Positions 1 to 9,579 of a stretch of 64,000 nucleotides of DNA are shown here, piece after piece. A program made the position numbers and the translations under genes. The stretch covers positions 13,785 to 77,784 of the forward strand of contig NZ_DASQPW010000297.1 in NCBI RefSeq assembly GCF_035643755.1. The letters are read 5' to 3'. This DNA is from Stackebrandtia sp. Lineage in GTDB: Bacteria > Actinomycetota > Actinomycetes > Mycobacteriales > Micromonosporaceae. The notes beneath the pieces were generated by a model, which saw only the letters and a list, made by a program, of their open reading frames with translations, ran no database searches and was not told the origin of the DNA. Position 1 is the stretch's first letter; each line of letters begins with the position of its first letter.

Positions 1-82
1 TCGGCCAAACTCATCGCGCGCGATCGGGGCGATCGTGGCGGCTAGGCTCGCCGCAACGACACCGTGGAAGGGAAGCACCGCC

Positions 83-547
83 ATGAAGACCGTCATCGTG
101 TGCCATTCGGAGTCGCACGGCAACACCCGGCGCGTCGCCGAGGCCATCGGCGGGCCGCTGGAGGCCGAGGTGGTCGCGCTCGACGACGTCGACGCGGCGG
201 AACTGCCCGCGAGCGACCTGGTGGGTTTCGGTTCCGGGATCTTCCTGCGCGCCTTCCATCCCCGCCTGCGACGGTTCGTCGACGCGCTGGCCGACGGCGG
301 CGGGCGCCGGGCCTTCGTGTTCGCCACCAGCGGGCTGCCCGAGGGCGGCTACCAACGCTTCGGCCGCCCACTGGTGCGCCAACTCGAGTCCAGGAATTTC
401 GACGTGGTGGACACCTTCTCGTGCCGCGGCTTCGACACCTGGTTCCCGTTCAAGATCGTCGGCGGCATCAGGAAGGGCCGCCCCGACGCCTGCGACCTGG
501 ACGCGGCGCGGGAGTTCGGTCGGCGGCTGCGCGACCGCCGGGGTTGA
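83..547 (+). CDS. Flavodoxin family protein
   Basis: MKTVIVCHSESHGNT FMN-binding loop, GFGSGIF, VFATSG; ATG at 83 inside the 35..547 ORF. Confidence 0.85.
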   Translation: MKTVIVCHSESHGNTRRVAEAIGGPLEAEVVALDDVDAAELPASDLVGFGSGIFLRAFHPRLRRFVDALADGGGRRAFVFATSGLPEGGYQRFGRPLVRQLESRNFDVVDTFSCRGFDTWFPFKIVGGIRKGRPDACDLDAAREFGRRLRDRRG

Positions 548-552
548 GCACC

Positions 553-1350
553 TCAGTCGTCGCCGGGCCAGTGCCAGTCGCGGACCTCGACGACGGCCTC
601 GACGGGTATCGGCCCGTAGATGTGCGGATATTTCTCCTCGCCCAGGCCAGGCGATTCGTAGCGCACCACGGCGCCGAGTTTGGCGTGGTCGATCACCAGC
701 ACCACCAGGTCGACGTCGGGTCGGTCCCCGTACTGGAACTCGGCGACGGGGCCGAGCTGACGTTCCAGGGACGTGTGGATGAAGCCCTCCTCCTCGAGCC
801 GCTTGCCACGGGTGGACCAGCGGTAGCTTCCCTCGGCCACGGCCTCCTTCCACAGCCGACGCTCGGTGAGGTGGAGCAGCCTGGTTGATTCGCCGCCCGT
901 GGCTTCGTCCGTGTCCATGGACGACAGCGTAACGGCGTGGCCGAACGCGATGATCGCGATCAACACCAACACGACAACGTCCGCGACCCCCGCCGCCGAC
1001 AGGTCGGGGGAGCCGTGCACGCCCAGGCGCGTCACGATCATCGCGGCACCGAGCAGCGCCAGCGCCGCCGCGAGCCCCGCGTACGCGGCGGGAACCCTGG
1101 CGGGGGCGAAGATCCCGACGACCATCAGTCCCAACAGGACGAAGAACGCCACCCATACCAGCATCCCGACGGGGCCCTGGACCTCGAGCAGTGGCCCGTA
1201 GGAGACGGTGACCCCGTCGCGGGTTTCGGGCCGGTACTCGGGAACGAACACCGCAAGGCCGCCGACGACCAGCAGGACGGCGTAGACGACGCGCAGGCCC
1301 GCGAACCATACGGGCGAGCGCGGGCCGGGTGGCGAGTCGGGGGCGGTCAT
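553..1350 (-). CDS. Membrane protein (about 4 TM) fused to a C-terminal DUF952 domain
   Basis: Hydrophobic N-half; C-half has LLHL..W..A...G.Y..STRG..LEEEGFIHTS and YPHIYGPIPVEAV, typical of DUF952. Confidence 0.75.
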   Translation of the reverse strand: MTAPDSPPGPRSPVWFAGLRVVYAVLLVVGGLAVFVPEYRPETRDGVTVSYGPLLEVQGPVGMLVWVAFFVLLGLMVVGIFAPARVPAAYAGLAAALALLGAAMIVTRLGVHGSPDLSAAGVADVVVLVLIAIIAFGHAVTLSSMDTDEATGGESTRLLHLTERRLWKEAVAEGSYRWSTRGKRLEEEGFIHTSLERQLGPVAEFQYGDRPDVDLVVLVIDHAKLGAVVRYESPGLGEEKYPHIYGPIPVEAVVEVRDWHWPGDD

Positions 1351-1405
1351 GCCGCCAGGTTATGGGACGCCGTCCACATCGGGATCGGTGAGCCGCCGCG
1401 CCGGG

Positions 1406-2614
1406 TCACCAGGTCACGGGCAGCTCATACACCCCGTAGACCGAACCGTCGTGCTTGAACGGAATCGCGTCCATGGTGGTGGCGAGGCGCAGGCCGGGGA
1501 TTCGCCGGTAGAGGGTCCCGTACACCACCTGGAGTTCCATGCGGGCCAAGGGTTGGCCGAGGCACTGGTGAACGCCGAACCCGAACGCGACGTGGCGGCG
1601 GGAGTTGCGGCCGACGTCCAGGGCGTCGGGGTCGTCGAAGACCTCGGGATCGCGGTTGGCGACGTCGTTGGCCATGATGAGCCCGTCCCCGGCGCGAATC
1701 GTCTCCCCGGCGATCTCGATGTCCTCCAACGCCACCCGACGCCGTCCGCTGTGGGTGATGTTGAGATAGCGCAGGAGTTCCTCCACCGCGGAGTCCACCA
1801 GCCCGGGGTCGGTGGTGTCGCGCAGCCGGCCCAGCTGCTCGGGGTTTTCCAGCAGCGCCAGGGTGCCCAGCGCGATCATGTTCGCGGTGGTCTCGTGCCC
1901 GGCGATCAGCAGCAGCACGCCCATCTGGGCGGCCTCGGACCGGGTGAGCTCCCCGGCGGCGACGCGTTCGGCCAGAGTGGACAGCAGATCGTCGCCGGGC
2001 TGGGCGAGCTTGTCGCCGACCAGGCCGTCCAGGTACTCGGCCAGCCGCCCGTGGGCGGCGGTGCGCTCCTCGGGGGCGGCGGTGCGCCTGATGATGGTGC
2101 TGCTGTTGTCCTGGAAGAAGTCGTGATCCGCGTACGGCACCCCCAGCAGGGCGCAGATCACCAGCGAGGGAACCGGAAGCGCGAACGCCTCCACCAGGTC
2201 GACCGGCCTCGGACCGGCCAGCATCGCGTCGATCAGGTCGTCGACGATGCCCTGGACCCTCGGCCGCAGCTGCCTGACCCGCTTGATCATGAACGGCGCG
2301 GTCACCATGCGGCGCAGCCGGGCGTGTTCGGGGTCGTCCATCAGGATGAAGCTGATCCGGTTGCCGCGCACCGGGGCCTGGCTGGGATAGCCGGGGCGGG
2401 TGGCGTCGGCGCTGACCCGCTCGTCGCCCAGCAGCGCCCGCTGCTCGGCGTAGCGGGTGACCAGCCACGGGGTGCTGCCGTCCCACAGCCGCACCCTGCT
2501 CAGGGGGGCGGCCTCGCGCAGCGAGGTGAGATCCGGGGGCGGATCGAACGGGCAGGTCGCGGCCCGCGACATCGGGAACCGCGGAACCTCGGTGGGTGGA
2601 GCGATGTCGGTCAT
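1406..2614 (-). CDS. Cytochrome P450 (CYP105-like)
   Basis: AGHETT I-helix, EELLR (ExxR), FGFGVHQCLG heme motif; GGAGGA RBS before ATG 2614. Confidence 0.95.
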   Translation of the reverse strand: MTDIAPPTEVPRFPMSRAATCPFDPPPDLTSLREAAPLSRVRLWDGSTPWLVTRYAEQRALLGDERVSADATRPGYPSQAPVRGNRISFILMDDPEHARLRRMVTAPFMIKRVRQLRPRVQGIVDDLIDAMLAGPRPVDLVEAFALPVPSLVICALLGVPYADHDFFQDNSSTIIRRTAAPEERTAAHGRLAEYLDGLVGDKLAQPGDDLLSTLAERVAAGELTRSEAAQMGVLLLIAGHETTANMIALGTLALLENPEQLGRLRDTTDPGLVDSAVEELLRYLNITHSGRRRVALEDIEIAGETIRAGDGLIMANDVANRDPEVFDDPDALDVGRNSRRHVAFGFGVHQCLGQPLARMELQVVYGTLYRRIPGLRLATTMDAIPFKHDGSVYGVYELPVTW

Positions 2615-2641
2615 GGATTCCTCCATTGAGTACTCTCCGGT

Positions 2642-2842
2642 TCAGGCGTTGGCGTCGACGCTGATCGCCGCGCCGGGGCAGACGTTGGCGGCCTCGAGCA
2701 TCGTGTCGCGCAGGGCCTCGGCCGGGCGGGGCTCCAGCAGCACCACGATCCCGTCGTCGTCGCGCTGGTCGAACACCTGGGGAGCGAGCATGACGCAGGT
2801 GCCCGCGCCGCAACACTTCTCTTCGTCCACTGTGATCTTCAT
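2642..2842 (-). CDS. Ferredoxin (3Fe-4S type, P450 partner)
   Basis: CCGAGTC...CPGAAI, 66 aa, adjacent to P450. Confidence 0.93.
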   Translation of the reverse strand: MKITVDEEKCCGAGTCVMLAPQVFDQRDDDGIVVLLEPRPAEALRDTMLEAANVCPGAAISVDANA

Positions 2843-2857
2843 GGGGTTCCTTGTCGT

Positions 2858-3502
2858 TCAGCGGGTGATGGGCGCCAGCCACAGCCCGGTGATCGCGTCG
2901 ATCAGCCCGGAACCGGCGTCGTGCCAGTTGGATCGCGGGGTGGCGGTGTTCTCGGCCAGCGCGCGTTCCCGTTCGGCGAGCATGTGGACCATGAGCTGCC
3001 GTCCCATGTCCTCGCGTTCGGCGCGCACCTCGGCCGGCAGGTCGGGGAGGCAGCGGCGCATCCCGTGCAGGATCTGGTGCAGCGACGGCGCCTCCAGCGC
3101 CTCCTGGACCATGATCGGGCGCAGCGCCGGGTCGGTCATGACCTGGGCGCCGAACCGGGCGTACCAGGTCGGGATGCCCAGGGACGCCTGGTGATCGGTG
3201 GCGGGGCGCACCAGGCACGTCACCCACGCGCGCAGCTCCGCGGAACCGGCGCACGCGGCCACCATCGGGGTGCGGCGGCTCTCGGTGTCGGCGGCGTGCT
3301 TGCGCACGATGGCGCGCACCAGGTCGGCCTTGGTACCGAAGTGGTATCCGACGGCGGCGTTGTTGCCCTGCCCGGCGGCCTCGCTGATGCCGCGGTTGGA
3401 CACCGCGTACACGCCGTGCTCGGCGAAGAGCCGCTCGGCGGCGGTCAGGATGAGATCCCGCGTGGCGGCGACCTTCTCGGAGCGGATCGTCCTTTGTGAC
3501 AT
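2858..3502 (-). CDS. TetR family transcriptional regulator
   Basis: ILTAAERLFAEHGVYAVSNRGISEAAGQGNNAAVGYHFGTK HTH; C-terminal part of the 2858..4642 ORF, starting MSQRTIRS. Confidence 0.9.
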   Translation of the reverse strand: MSQRTIRSEKVAATRDLILTAAERLFAEHGVYAVSNRGISEAAGQGNNAAVGYHFGTKADLVRAIVRKHAADTESRRTPMVAACAGSAELRAWVTCLVRPATDHQASLGIPTWYARFGAQVMTDPALRPIMVQEALEAPSLHQILHGMRRCLPDLPAEVRAEREDMGRQLMVHMLAERERALAENTATPRSNWHDAGSGLIDAITGLWLAPITR

Positions 3503-3504
3503 GT

Positions 3505-4710
3505 TCACCACCGCACCGGGACCTCGCGCAGCCCGCCCACCACGAGCCCCTCGACCCGGCGCAGCCGCTCCACCGGCACCGCCAGCTCGAGACCGGGCAT
3601 CCGGCGCAGCAGCACCTCCAGCACGGCCTGCAGCTCGGTGCGCGCCAATGCCTGCCCCAGACAGGAATGCGCACCCGCGCCGAAGGCCAGGTGCGGATTG
3701 GGGCTGCGGCCCAGGTCCATGTCGGCGGCGTTGTCGAAGGCGGACTCGTCGCGGTTGGCCGCCGCCATGCTGCACACCACGGTCGAGCCTCCCGCCACGG
3801 TGGCGCCGGCGATCTCGGCGTCGTCGGGGATGAAGCGCGGCATGCCGAAGCCCGCGTTGGCGTCGAACCGCAGCGCCTCCTCCACCGCGGTGCGCACCAG
3901 CGAGCGGTCGGCCACCAGCCGCTCCCAGCGTTCGCGCGGCGACAGCAGCATCGCGACCATCTTGCCGATCATGTTCGCGGTGGTCTCGTGCCCGGCGATG
4001 AGCAGGCCCTGCCCGGTGGCGATCAGTTCGGCGTCGGACATCGGGTAGTCGGCGTCGGCGATGAGCGTCGACAACAGGTCGTCGCGGGGCGCGGCGCGCT
4101 TGGCGTCCACATGGGACTTCAGGTACGCGATGAATGCCGCCTGCGCCTCGGCGACCTGCCGCGGCGTGAACCGGTCCAGGCTGAGCATGGCGTCGGACCA
4201 GCCGGAGAACGAGTCGCGGTCGGCGTCGGGGACGCCCAGCAGCTCGCAGATCACCCACACCGGCAGCGGGAAACCCAGGCGCGCCTTGAGATCCGCCGGT
4301 TGCCCGTCGGCGACCATCTCGTCGATGAGCCGCTCGGCCATGTCCTCGATGCCCGGCCGCAGCGCCGCCATCCGCTTGGCGGTGAACCACTTGCCGATGG
4401 CGCGGCGCCAGCGCTGGTGCTCGGGCCCGCCGTTCGGGATGGACGCCGCCATCTCGCTGTTGAACACCCCGCCGGATTCGTTCGCGGTGATCCGGGCGGC
4501 GTCGGGATTGTGCGTCGGGCGGGAGAACCGCGGGTCGGACAGCACCTGTTTGACGTCGGCGTGGCGGGTCAGCAGGGACGCGGCGTCCCCGCTGGGCAGC
4601 CTCACCTCGGCGATCGGGCAGCCGCGCCGCAGCCGCTCCCACTCGGATGGCGGCTCAAGCGCCGCATCGCCGACAATGGGGTAATGCAGGGTCGTTTCGT
4701 TGTGGCTCAC
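3505..4710 (-). CDS. Cytochrome P450 (CYP107-like)
   Basis: AGHETT, EEALR, FGAGAHSCLG. Confidence 0.95.
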   Translation of the reverse strand: MSHNETTLHYPIVGDAALEPPSEWERLRRGCPIAEVRLPSGDAASLLTRHADVKQVLSDPRFSRPTHNPDAARITANESGGVFNSEMAASIPNGGPEHQRWRRAIGKWFTAKRMAALRPGIEDMAERLIDEMVADGQPADLKARLGFPLPVWVICELLGVPDADRDSFSGWSDAMLSLDRFTPRQVAEAQAAFIAYLKSHVDAKRAAPRDDLLSTLIADADYPMSDAELIATGQGLLIAGHETTANMIGKMVAMLLSPRERWERLVADRSLVRTAVEEALRFDANAGFGMPRFIPDDAEIAGATVAGGSTVVCSMAAANRDESAFDNAADMDLGRSPNPHLAFGAGAHSCLGQALARTELQAVLEVLLRRMPGLELAVPVERLRRVEGLVVGGLREVPVRW

Positions 4711-4766
4711 CGTGTCTCCTCGCCGGGCGGTTCGTGGCTCGGGTTCAGTAAAGTGGTTCTGCTACG

Positions 4767-4788
4767 TTAAGTCAAGCAGTTGATTTAA
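4767..4788. promoter_or_regulatory. Probable TetR operator
   Basis: TTAAGTCAA-GCAG-TTGATTTAA imperfect palindrome in the divergent P450/MFS intergenic region. Confidence 0.65.
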
Positions 4789-4836
4789 ATTGCCGCGACG
4801 CGGGTCCCCCAGCCTCACCCCACGAAAGGCCCTCCC

Positions 4837-6282
4837 ATGTCCTCGTCCCGAGCCAATCCCCTGGTCATGGTGCTGGCCTTCGCGGGAATCGTGGTCTCCT
4901 TGATGCAGACCGTCGTGATCCCGTTGGTGCCAAGGCTTCCCGGGCTCCTGGACGCCACGCCGTCCGATGCCAACTGGGCGATCACCGCCACCCTGCTGGC
5001 CGGCGCGGTCGCCACGCCGATGATGGGGCGCCTGGGGGACATGTACGGCAAGCGCCGCATGCTGCTGCTCAGCCTGTCCCTCATGGTCGTCGGCTCGGTG
5101 ATCGCCGCGCTGTCCGGCTCCCTGCCGGGCATGGTCGCCGGGCGCACCCTCCAGGGCCTCGCCGCGGGGGTCATTCCGCTGGGGATCAGCATCATGCGCG
5201 ACGAACTGCCGCGCGAACGGCTCGGCGGTGCCACGGCCCTGATGAGCGCCTCGCTCGGCGTGGGCGGCGCGCTCGGCCTGCCCGCCGCGGCGTTCCTCGC
5301 CGAGCACGCCGACTGGCACGCGCTGTTTTGGACCTCCGCCGCGCTGGGAACCGTCGCGACCCTCCTGGTGGTGGCCCTGGTGCGCGAATCCCCGGTGCGC
5401 AGCGGCGGACGCTTCGACCTGCTGGGCGCCGCCGGGCTGTCGGCCGGTCTACTGTGTCTGCTCCTGGCGATCTCCAAGGGCGCCGACTGGGGCTGGACCA
5501 GCGGCACCACGCTGGGCCTGTTCGGCGCGACCGTGGTCGTCTTGCTGGTGTGGGGCTGGTGGCAGCTGCGCGCCGCCGAACCCCTGGTGGACCTGCGGGT
5601 CAGCTCCCGCCGCCAGGTGCTGCTGACCAACCTCGCCTCGGCGGTCTTCGGCTTCTCGATGTTCGCGATGTCCCTGGTGCTGCCGCAGGTGCTGCAGCTG
5701 CCCAAGGCCACGGGATACGGCCTGGGACAGGGTCTGCTGTCGGTCGGCCTCGTGATGGCGCCGTCCGGCCTGGTGATGATGGCCATGGCCCCGGTGTCGG
5801 CGCGGATCTCCAAACTCAAGGGCCCCAAGTGGACCCTGCTCACCGGCGCCGTCGTGGTAGCCGTCGGCTACGGCCTGGGCGCCGCGTGGATGTCGCAGAT
5901 CTGGCAGCTGGTGGGCGTCTCCGCGCTGATCGGCGCCGGAATCGGCATCGCCTACGGCGCGATGCCCGCCCTGGTCATGGCCGCGGTCCCGGTGTCGGAG
6001 ACGGCGGCCGCCAACAGCCTCAACACCCTGATGCGCTCGATCGGCACGTCGACCTCCAGCGCGGTGGCCGGGGTCGTCCTGGCCCAGCTCACCGTCTCGT
6101 TCGCCGGACACACGCTGCCCGCCGAGAACGGCTTCCGGCTCGTCATGGTGATCGGCGCCGCCGCGGCCGTGATCGCGCTGGGCTTCGCGTCCTTCCTGCC
6201 CGCTCGCGCCCCCGCCGTCGACGAAACCGACCTGGGCAAAACGCCAGATTTGGTATACCATTTGCCGCCGCGGAGTGAGTGA
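4837..6282 (+). CDS. MFS transporter (14-TM DHA2-like)
   Basis: GRLGDMYGKRR motif A, many TM segments. Confidence 0.9.
   Translation: MSSSRANPLVMVLAFAGIVVSLMQTVVIPLVPRLPGLLDATPSDANWAITATLLAGAVATPMMGRLGDMYGKRRMLLLSLSLMVVGSVIAALSGSLPGMVAGRTLQGLAAGVIPLGISIMRDELPRERLGGATALMSASLGVGGALGLPAAAFLAEHADWHALFWTSAALGTVATLLVVALVRESPVRSGGRFDLLGAAGLSAGLLCLLLAISKGADWGWTSGTTLGLFGATVVVLLVWGWWQLRAAEPLVDLRVSSRRQVLLTNLASAVFGFSMFAMSLVLPQVLQLPKATGYGLGQGLLSVGLVMAPSGLVMMAMAPVSARISKLKGPKWTLLTGAVVVAVGYGLGAAWMSQIWQLVGVSALIGAGIGIAYGAMPALVMAAVPVSETAAANSLNTLMRSIGTSTSSAVAGVVLAQLTVSFAGHTLPAENGFRLVMVIGAAAAVIALGFASFLPARAPAVDETDLGKTPDLVYHLPPRSE
6241..6263. promoter_or_regulatory. Probable GntR/FadR-type operator, copy 1
   Basis: ACGCCAGATTTGGTATACCATTT with TGGTATACCA core palindrome at 6251-6260; an inverted copy lies at 8778-8802. 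Confidence 0.7.
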
Positions 6283-6299
6283 GAAGAGGAAGGAGCGCC

Positions 6300-7577
6300 G
6301 TGGCGTCGCGGGAACCAGCTGGCGTTGCGGTGTCCGAACGCGGCGGGCGGCTGAAGGCGGTGGCGTCGCTGCGCGACTCGCCGCGTTTTCGCCTGTTGTG
6401 GGCATCGAACCTGTTCTTCTTCGGCGGCGCCTGGATGCAGACGCTCGTGCTGGGCTGGGTGGTTTACGACACCACGCACTCGGAGTTCCAGCTGGCGGTG
6501 TTCACCGCCGCCCGGCTCGCCCCGATGCTGCTGGGGCCCCTGGCGGGCGTGATGTCGGACCGCCACGACCGGGTCAGGCTGCTCATGATCGCCTGCGGCT
6601 GGGGGCTGAGCGCGGTGATGGTCGTGGCCGCCATGACCTCGCTGGGCATCGTGCCGTACTGGGCGCTGGTCCTGAGCGGACTGGCCATCGGCATGGCCCA
6701 CTCGCCGTCGCAGCCCGCCCGCATGTCGCTGGTCCTGGACCTGGTGGGCCGCGACAACCTCAGCAACGCCAACGCCCTGAACTCCATGGCCATGAACATG
6801 ACCCAGGTGTTCGGGCCCGCCGCCGGCGGCGCCCTGCTCAGCACCGTCGGCGCGCCCGCGGCACTGTGGATCTCCGCGGGCTGGTACGCGGCGTCGCTGG
6901 CCCTGTTGTGGCCGCTGCGCCGCACCGCGCGCACCGCCCCGCCCGTGCCCGAACCCGTGCTGCGCATGCTCTCGGGCGGCATCCGCTCCATTGTGACCAA
7001 TCGCCTGGCCTCGGCCGTCCTGCTCATCACCCTGGCCGCCAACGTCTTCCTGTGGCCGATCTACCAGGGCTTCATGCCGGTGTTCGCCAAGTCCAATCTC
7101 GGCCTGGACGCCGCCGGGCTCGGGTGGCTGCTGACCTTCAGCGGCATCGGCGGCCTCATCGGTTCCGTCGTGATCGCCGCCATGGGCGACTTCAGGTTCA
7201 AGGGCGGCGTCTTCCTCGTCGGCACCGCGATCTGGGCAACGCTGTGGTCGCTGTTCGCCCTGTCCCACCTGGTCGTGACGTCCTTCGCCCTGATGGCCGC
7301 GATCGGCGTCATGAGCTCCGCCTTCGCCGTCCTGCAAACCACCCTGCTGCTCATGACCACCGACCCCGCGATCCAGGGCCGCGCGCTGGGCGTCCAGGAG
7401 CTCGCCATCGGCGTCATGCCGGTGTCCTCGCTGGCGCTGGGCGCCGCCGCCCAGACGATCGGCGTCGGCCCCACCACGTTCCTGAGTGGACTCTGTCTGA
7501 TCGCGATCCTCGTCGGCATCACCGTGTGGGTCCCGAAGCTGTTGACATACGGCAGCCCCGCACCGGTCGCCCCCTGA
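6300..7577 (+). CDS. MFS transporter
   Basis: About 12 TM, GVMSDRHDRVR motif A; AAGGAG RBS before GTG 6300 (ORF opens at 6279). Confidence 0.88.
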   Translation: MASREPAGVAVSERGGRLKAVASLRDSPRFRLLWASNLFFFGGAWMQTLVLGWVVYDTTHSEFQLAVFTAARLAPMLLGPLAGVMSDRHDRVRLLMIACGWGLSAVMVVAAMTSLGIVPYWALVLSGLAIGMAHSPSQPARMSLVLDLVGRDNLSNANALNSMAMNMTQVFGPAAGGALLSTVGAPAALWISAGWYAASLALLWPLRRTARTAPPVPEPVLRMLSGGIRSIVTNRLASAVLLITLAANVFLWPIYQGFMPVFAKSNLGLDAAGLGWLLTFSGIGGLIGSVVIAAMGDFRFKGGVFLVGTAIWATLWSLFALSHLVVTSFALMAAIGVMSSAFAVLQTTLLLMTTDPAIQGRALGVQELAIGVMPVSSLALGAAAQTIGVGPTTFLSGLCLIAILVGITVWVPKLLTYGSPAPVAP

Positions 7578-7585
7578 CCCGACGG

Positions 7586-8773
7586 TCAGAAGGTCAGCTC
7601 GCCGTCGACCGCCGCCACGGTGCCGCCCGCGATCACCATCGCGCGCCTCGGGCAGCGCGTCAGCGCGTCGGCGACGTTCTCGGCGTCCAGCAGGACGATG
7701 TCGGCGCGGGCGCCCGCCACCAGGTCGTGGATGTCGCGATGGACGTAACCGGCGGCGCGCGACGTCGCCAGCTCCACGACGTAGGCGAGATCGGCGTCGC
7801 CGCGCTGGCCGTGCAGCCGCGCGAAGTTCTGCGCCACCAGCAGGATGTCGCCGTCGCCGAAGGGGGACCACAGGTCGCGGATGCCGTCGGTGCCCAGCCC
7901 GACCGGGATGCCGCGCTCGCGCATCCCGCGCCACGGCAGCGGCGCGGTCCCCGGGGGAGCCACCGTCGCCCAACCGATGCCCGCCTCGGCGAACCGGTCC
8001 AGCAGTTCCCGTTGGCGCGCCGCGGGCAACTCGCCGAGCGCGAAGCCGTGCGAGATGGTGACCTTGCCCCGCAAACCATTGGCGCGCACCCGTTCGGCGA
8101 CCAGCTCATACTGGAACGCCCCGAGCTCGCCGCGGTCGTGAATGTGGATGTCGATGCCGACGCCGCGGCGCACCGCGATGTCGAACAGGCCGTCGAGCTG
8201 CGCCACCGGATCGCGGTCGATCGAGCACGGGTCGATGCCGCCGATGCTGGTGGCGCCCGCGGCGGCAGCCTCGTCCAGCAGCTTGAGCACGCCGTCGCGC
8301 CGCACCACCCCGTCCTGCGGGAACGCCACGACCTCCAGCTCCAGGCGGTCGCCCAGCGCCTCCACCGCCTCGCGCACCACCTCGATGCCGCGCAGCCCGA
8401 CGCCCAGGTCGACGTCGACGTGGCTGCGCACCGCGGTGGTGCCGTGCCGCAGGAACTCCCGCAGCACCGCCGCGGTGGAGTTCGGGCTCGGGATGCCCAG
8501 CGCGCCGCGCTCGGCCCGCTCGTGGGCGATGCGTCCGGCGGTGGTGTTGTCACCGCCGTAGGACACCCACGGCTGCCCCCACCAGCTCTTGTCCACGTGC
8601 GCGTGCGCGTTGATGAACCCCGGCAGCGCCAGCAGGCCACGCCCGTCGATCGGCTCGCCCCGCGGCGCCGCCGAACCGGCCGCCTCGACCGCGCTGATGG
8701 CGCCGCCGGACATCACGATGTCCACCGGTGCGGCGCCCCACGGGCGCACGTTCGTCAGTGTCTTGACTCCCAT
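7586..8773 (-). CDS. Amidohydrolase, cytosine deaminase/creatinine deaminase-like
   Basis: LPGFINAHAHVDK (HxH), VAFPQDG, IDIHIHD, SHGFAL, GTDGIRDLWSPFG. Confidence 0.88.
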   Translation of the reverse strand: MGVKTLTNVRPWGAAPVDIVMSGGAISAVEAAGSAAPRGEPIDGRGLLALPGFINAHAHVDKSWWGQPWVSYGGDNTTAGRIAHERAERGALGIPSPNSTAAVLREFLRHGTTAVRSHVDVDLGVGLRGIEVVREAVEALGDRLELEVVAFPQDGVVRRDGVLKLLDEAAAAGATSIGGIDPCSIDRDPVAQLDGLFDIAVRRGVGIDIHIHDRGELGAFQYELVAERVRANGLRGKVTISHGFALGELPAARQRELLDRFAEAGIGWATVAPPGTAPLPWRGMRERGIPVGLGTDGIRDLWSPFGDGDILLVAQNFARLHGQRGDADLAYVVELATSRAAGYVHRDIHDLVAGARADIVLLDAENVADALTRCPRRAMVIAGGTVAAVDGELTF

Positions 8774-8777
8774 GCCG

Positions 8778-8802
8778 AAAATGGTATACCAAAATCCGGC
8801 GT
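8778..8802. promoter_or_regulatory. Probable GntR/FadR-type operator, copy 2
   Basis: AAAATGGTATACCAAAATCCGGCGT, directly upstream of the amidohydrolase start. Confidence 0.7.
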
Positions 8803-9440
8803 CAGCGATCCGCCCCGGAACCCTCGGCCCTGCGACGCTCGGCACGCGCGTGCTGGTCGGCCAGCCGCTCCACCCCCGCGACGTCCCGCGCGGCGATCGC
8901 CTCGTACAACCGCCGATGCTCCTCGGCGATACCCAGCAGATCGTCGTGCTGGGCCAACAGCCACCGCATCCGGCTGCGCATCACCCCGGCGATCTCGCCG
9001 AGCAATTCGTTGGCCGCCAAGGACGTCACCGCCTCGTGAAAGTCCGCCGCCGCCCGCCTCGCCCGCACCGCGTCGGCGGCCACCGCCGCCGCCAGCTCCA
9101 CGTCCAACACCTCCCGCAGCGCCTCCAACCCCTCCCGGGTGCGCCGCTGCGCCGCCAACCGAAACGTCAACACCTCCAGCGCCGCCCGCACCTCGTTGAG
9201 ATCGGCGATGTCCGACGACGTGAACTCCCGCACCACCGACCAACTGCGCGGCCGCGGCGTCACCAGACCCTCGGCCACCAGCACCTTCAACGCGTCGCGC
9301 ACCGGCAGGCGGCTCACCCCGAGGTCCGCCGCCAACTCCCGCTCCACCAGCCTGGCGCCCGGCGGCCTCACGCCGTCCAAAATGTCGTCGCGGATCCGAC
9401 GCGTGACCCGCTCCGACTCAAGCTCCTCGGACCCCGGCAT
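8802..9440 (-). CDS. GntR family regulator (FCD domain)
   Basis: IRDDILDG..PPGARLVERELAADLGVSRLPVRDAL; DFHEAV..LAAN. Confidence 0.92.
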   Translation of the reverse strand: MPGSEELESERVTRRIRDDILDGVRPPGARLVERELAADLGVSRLPVRDALKVLVAEGLVTPRPRSWSVVREFTSSDIADLNEVRAALEVLTFRLAAQRRTREGLEALREVLDVELAAAVAADAVRARRAAADFHEAVTSLAANELLGEIAGVMRSRMRWLLAQHDDLLGIAEEHRRLYEAIAARDVAGVERLADQHARAERRRAEGSGADR

Positions 9441-9579
9441 GCCTGACTGTCCTATCTATTCCAACGTGCGACGCCATACACCCTCTCATGCCGCGCCACG
9501 CGCGTCGGTGGAGCAATCACCGCAAAGACCCGCCAGCCAGCGGGCCGCTCACTAAACTCCGAACTCGAGGTGACCCGCT

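Noticed and set aside
1406-4710. P450s as tailoring enzymes of the RiPP cluster
   Set aside because: About 9 kb away, separated by unrelated genes, and with their own TetR and operator
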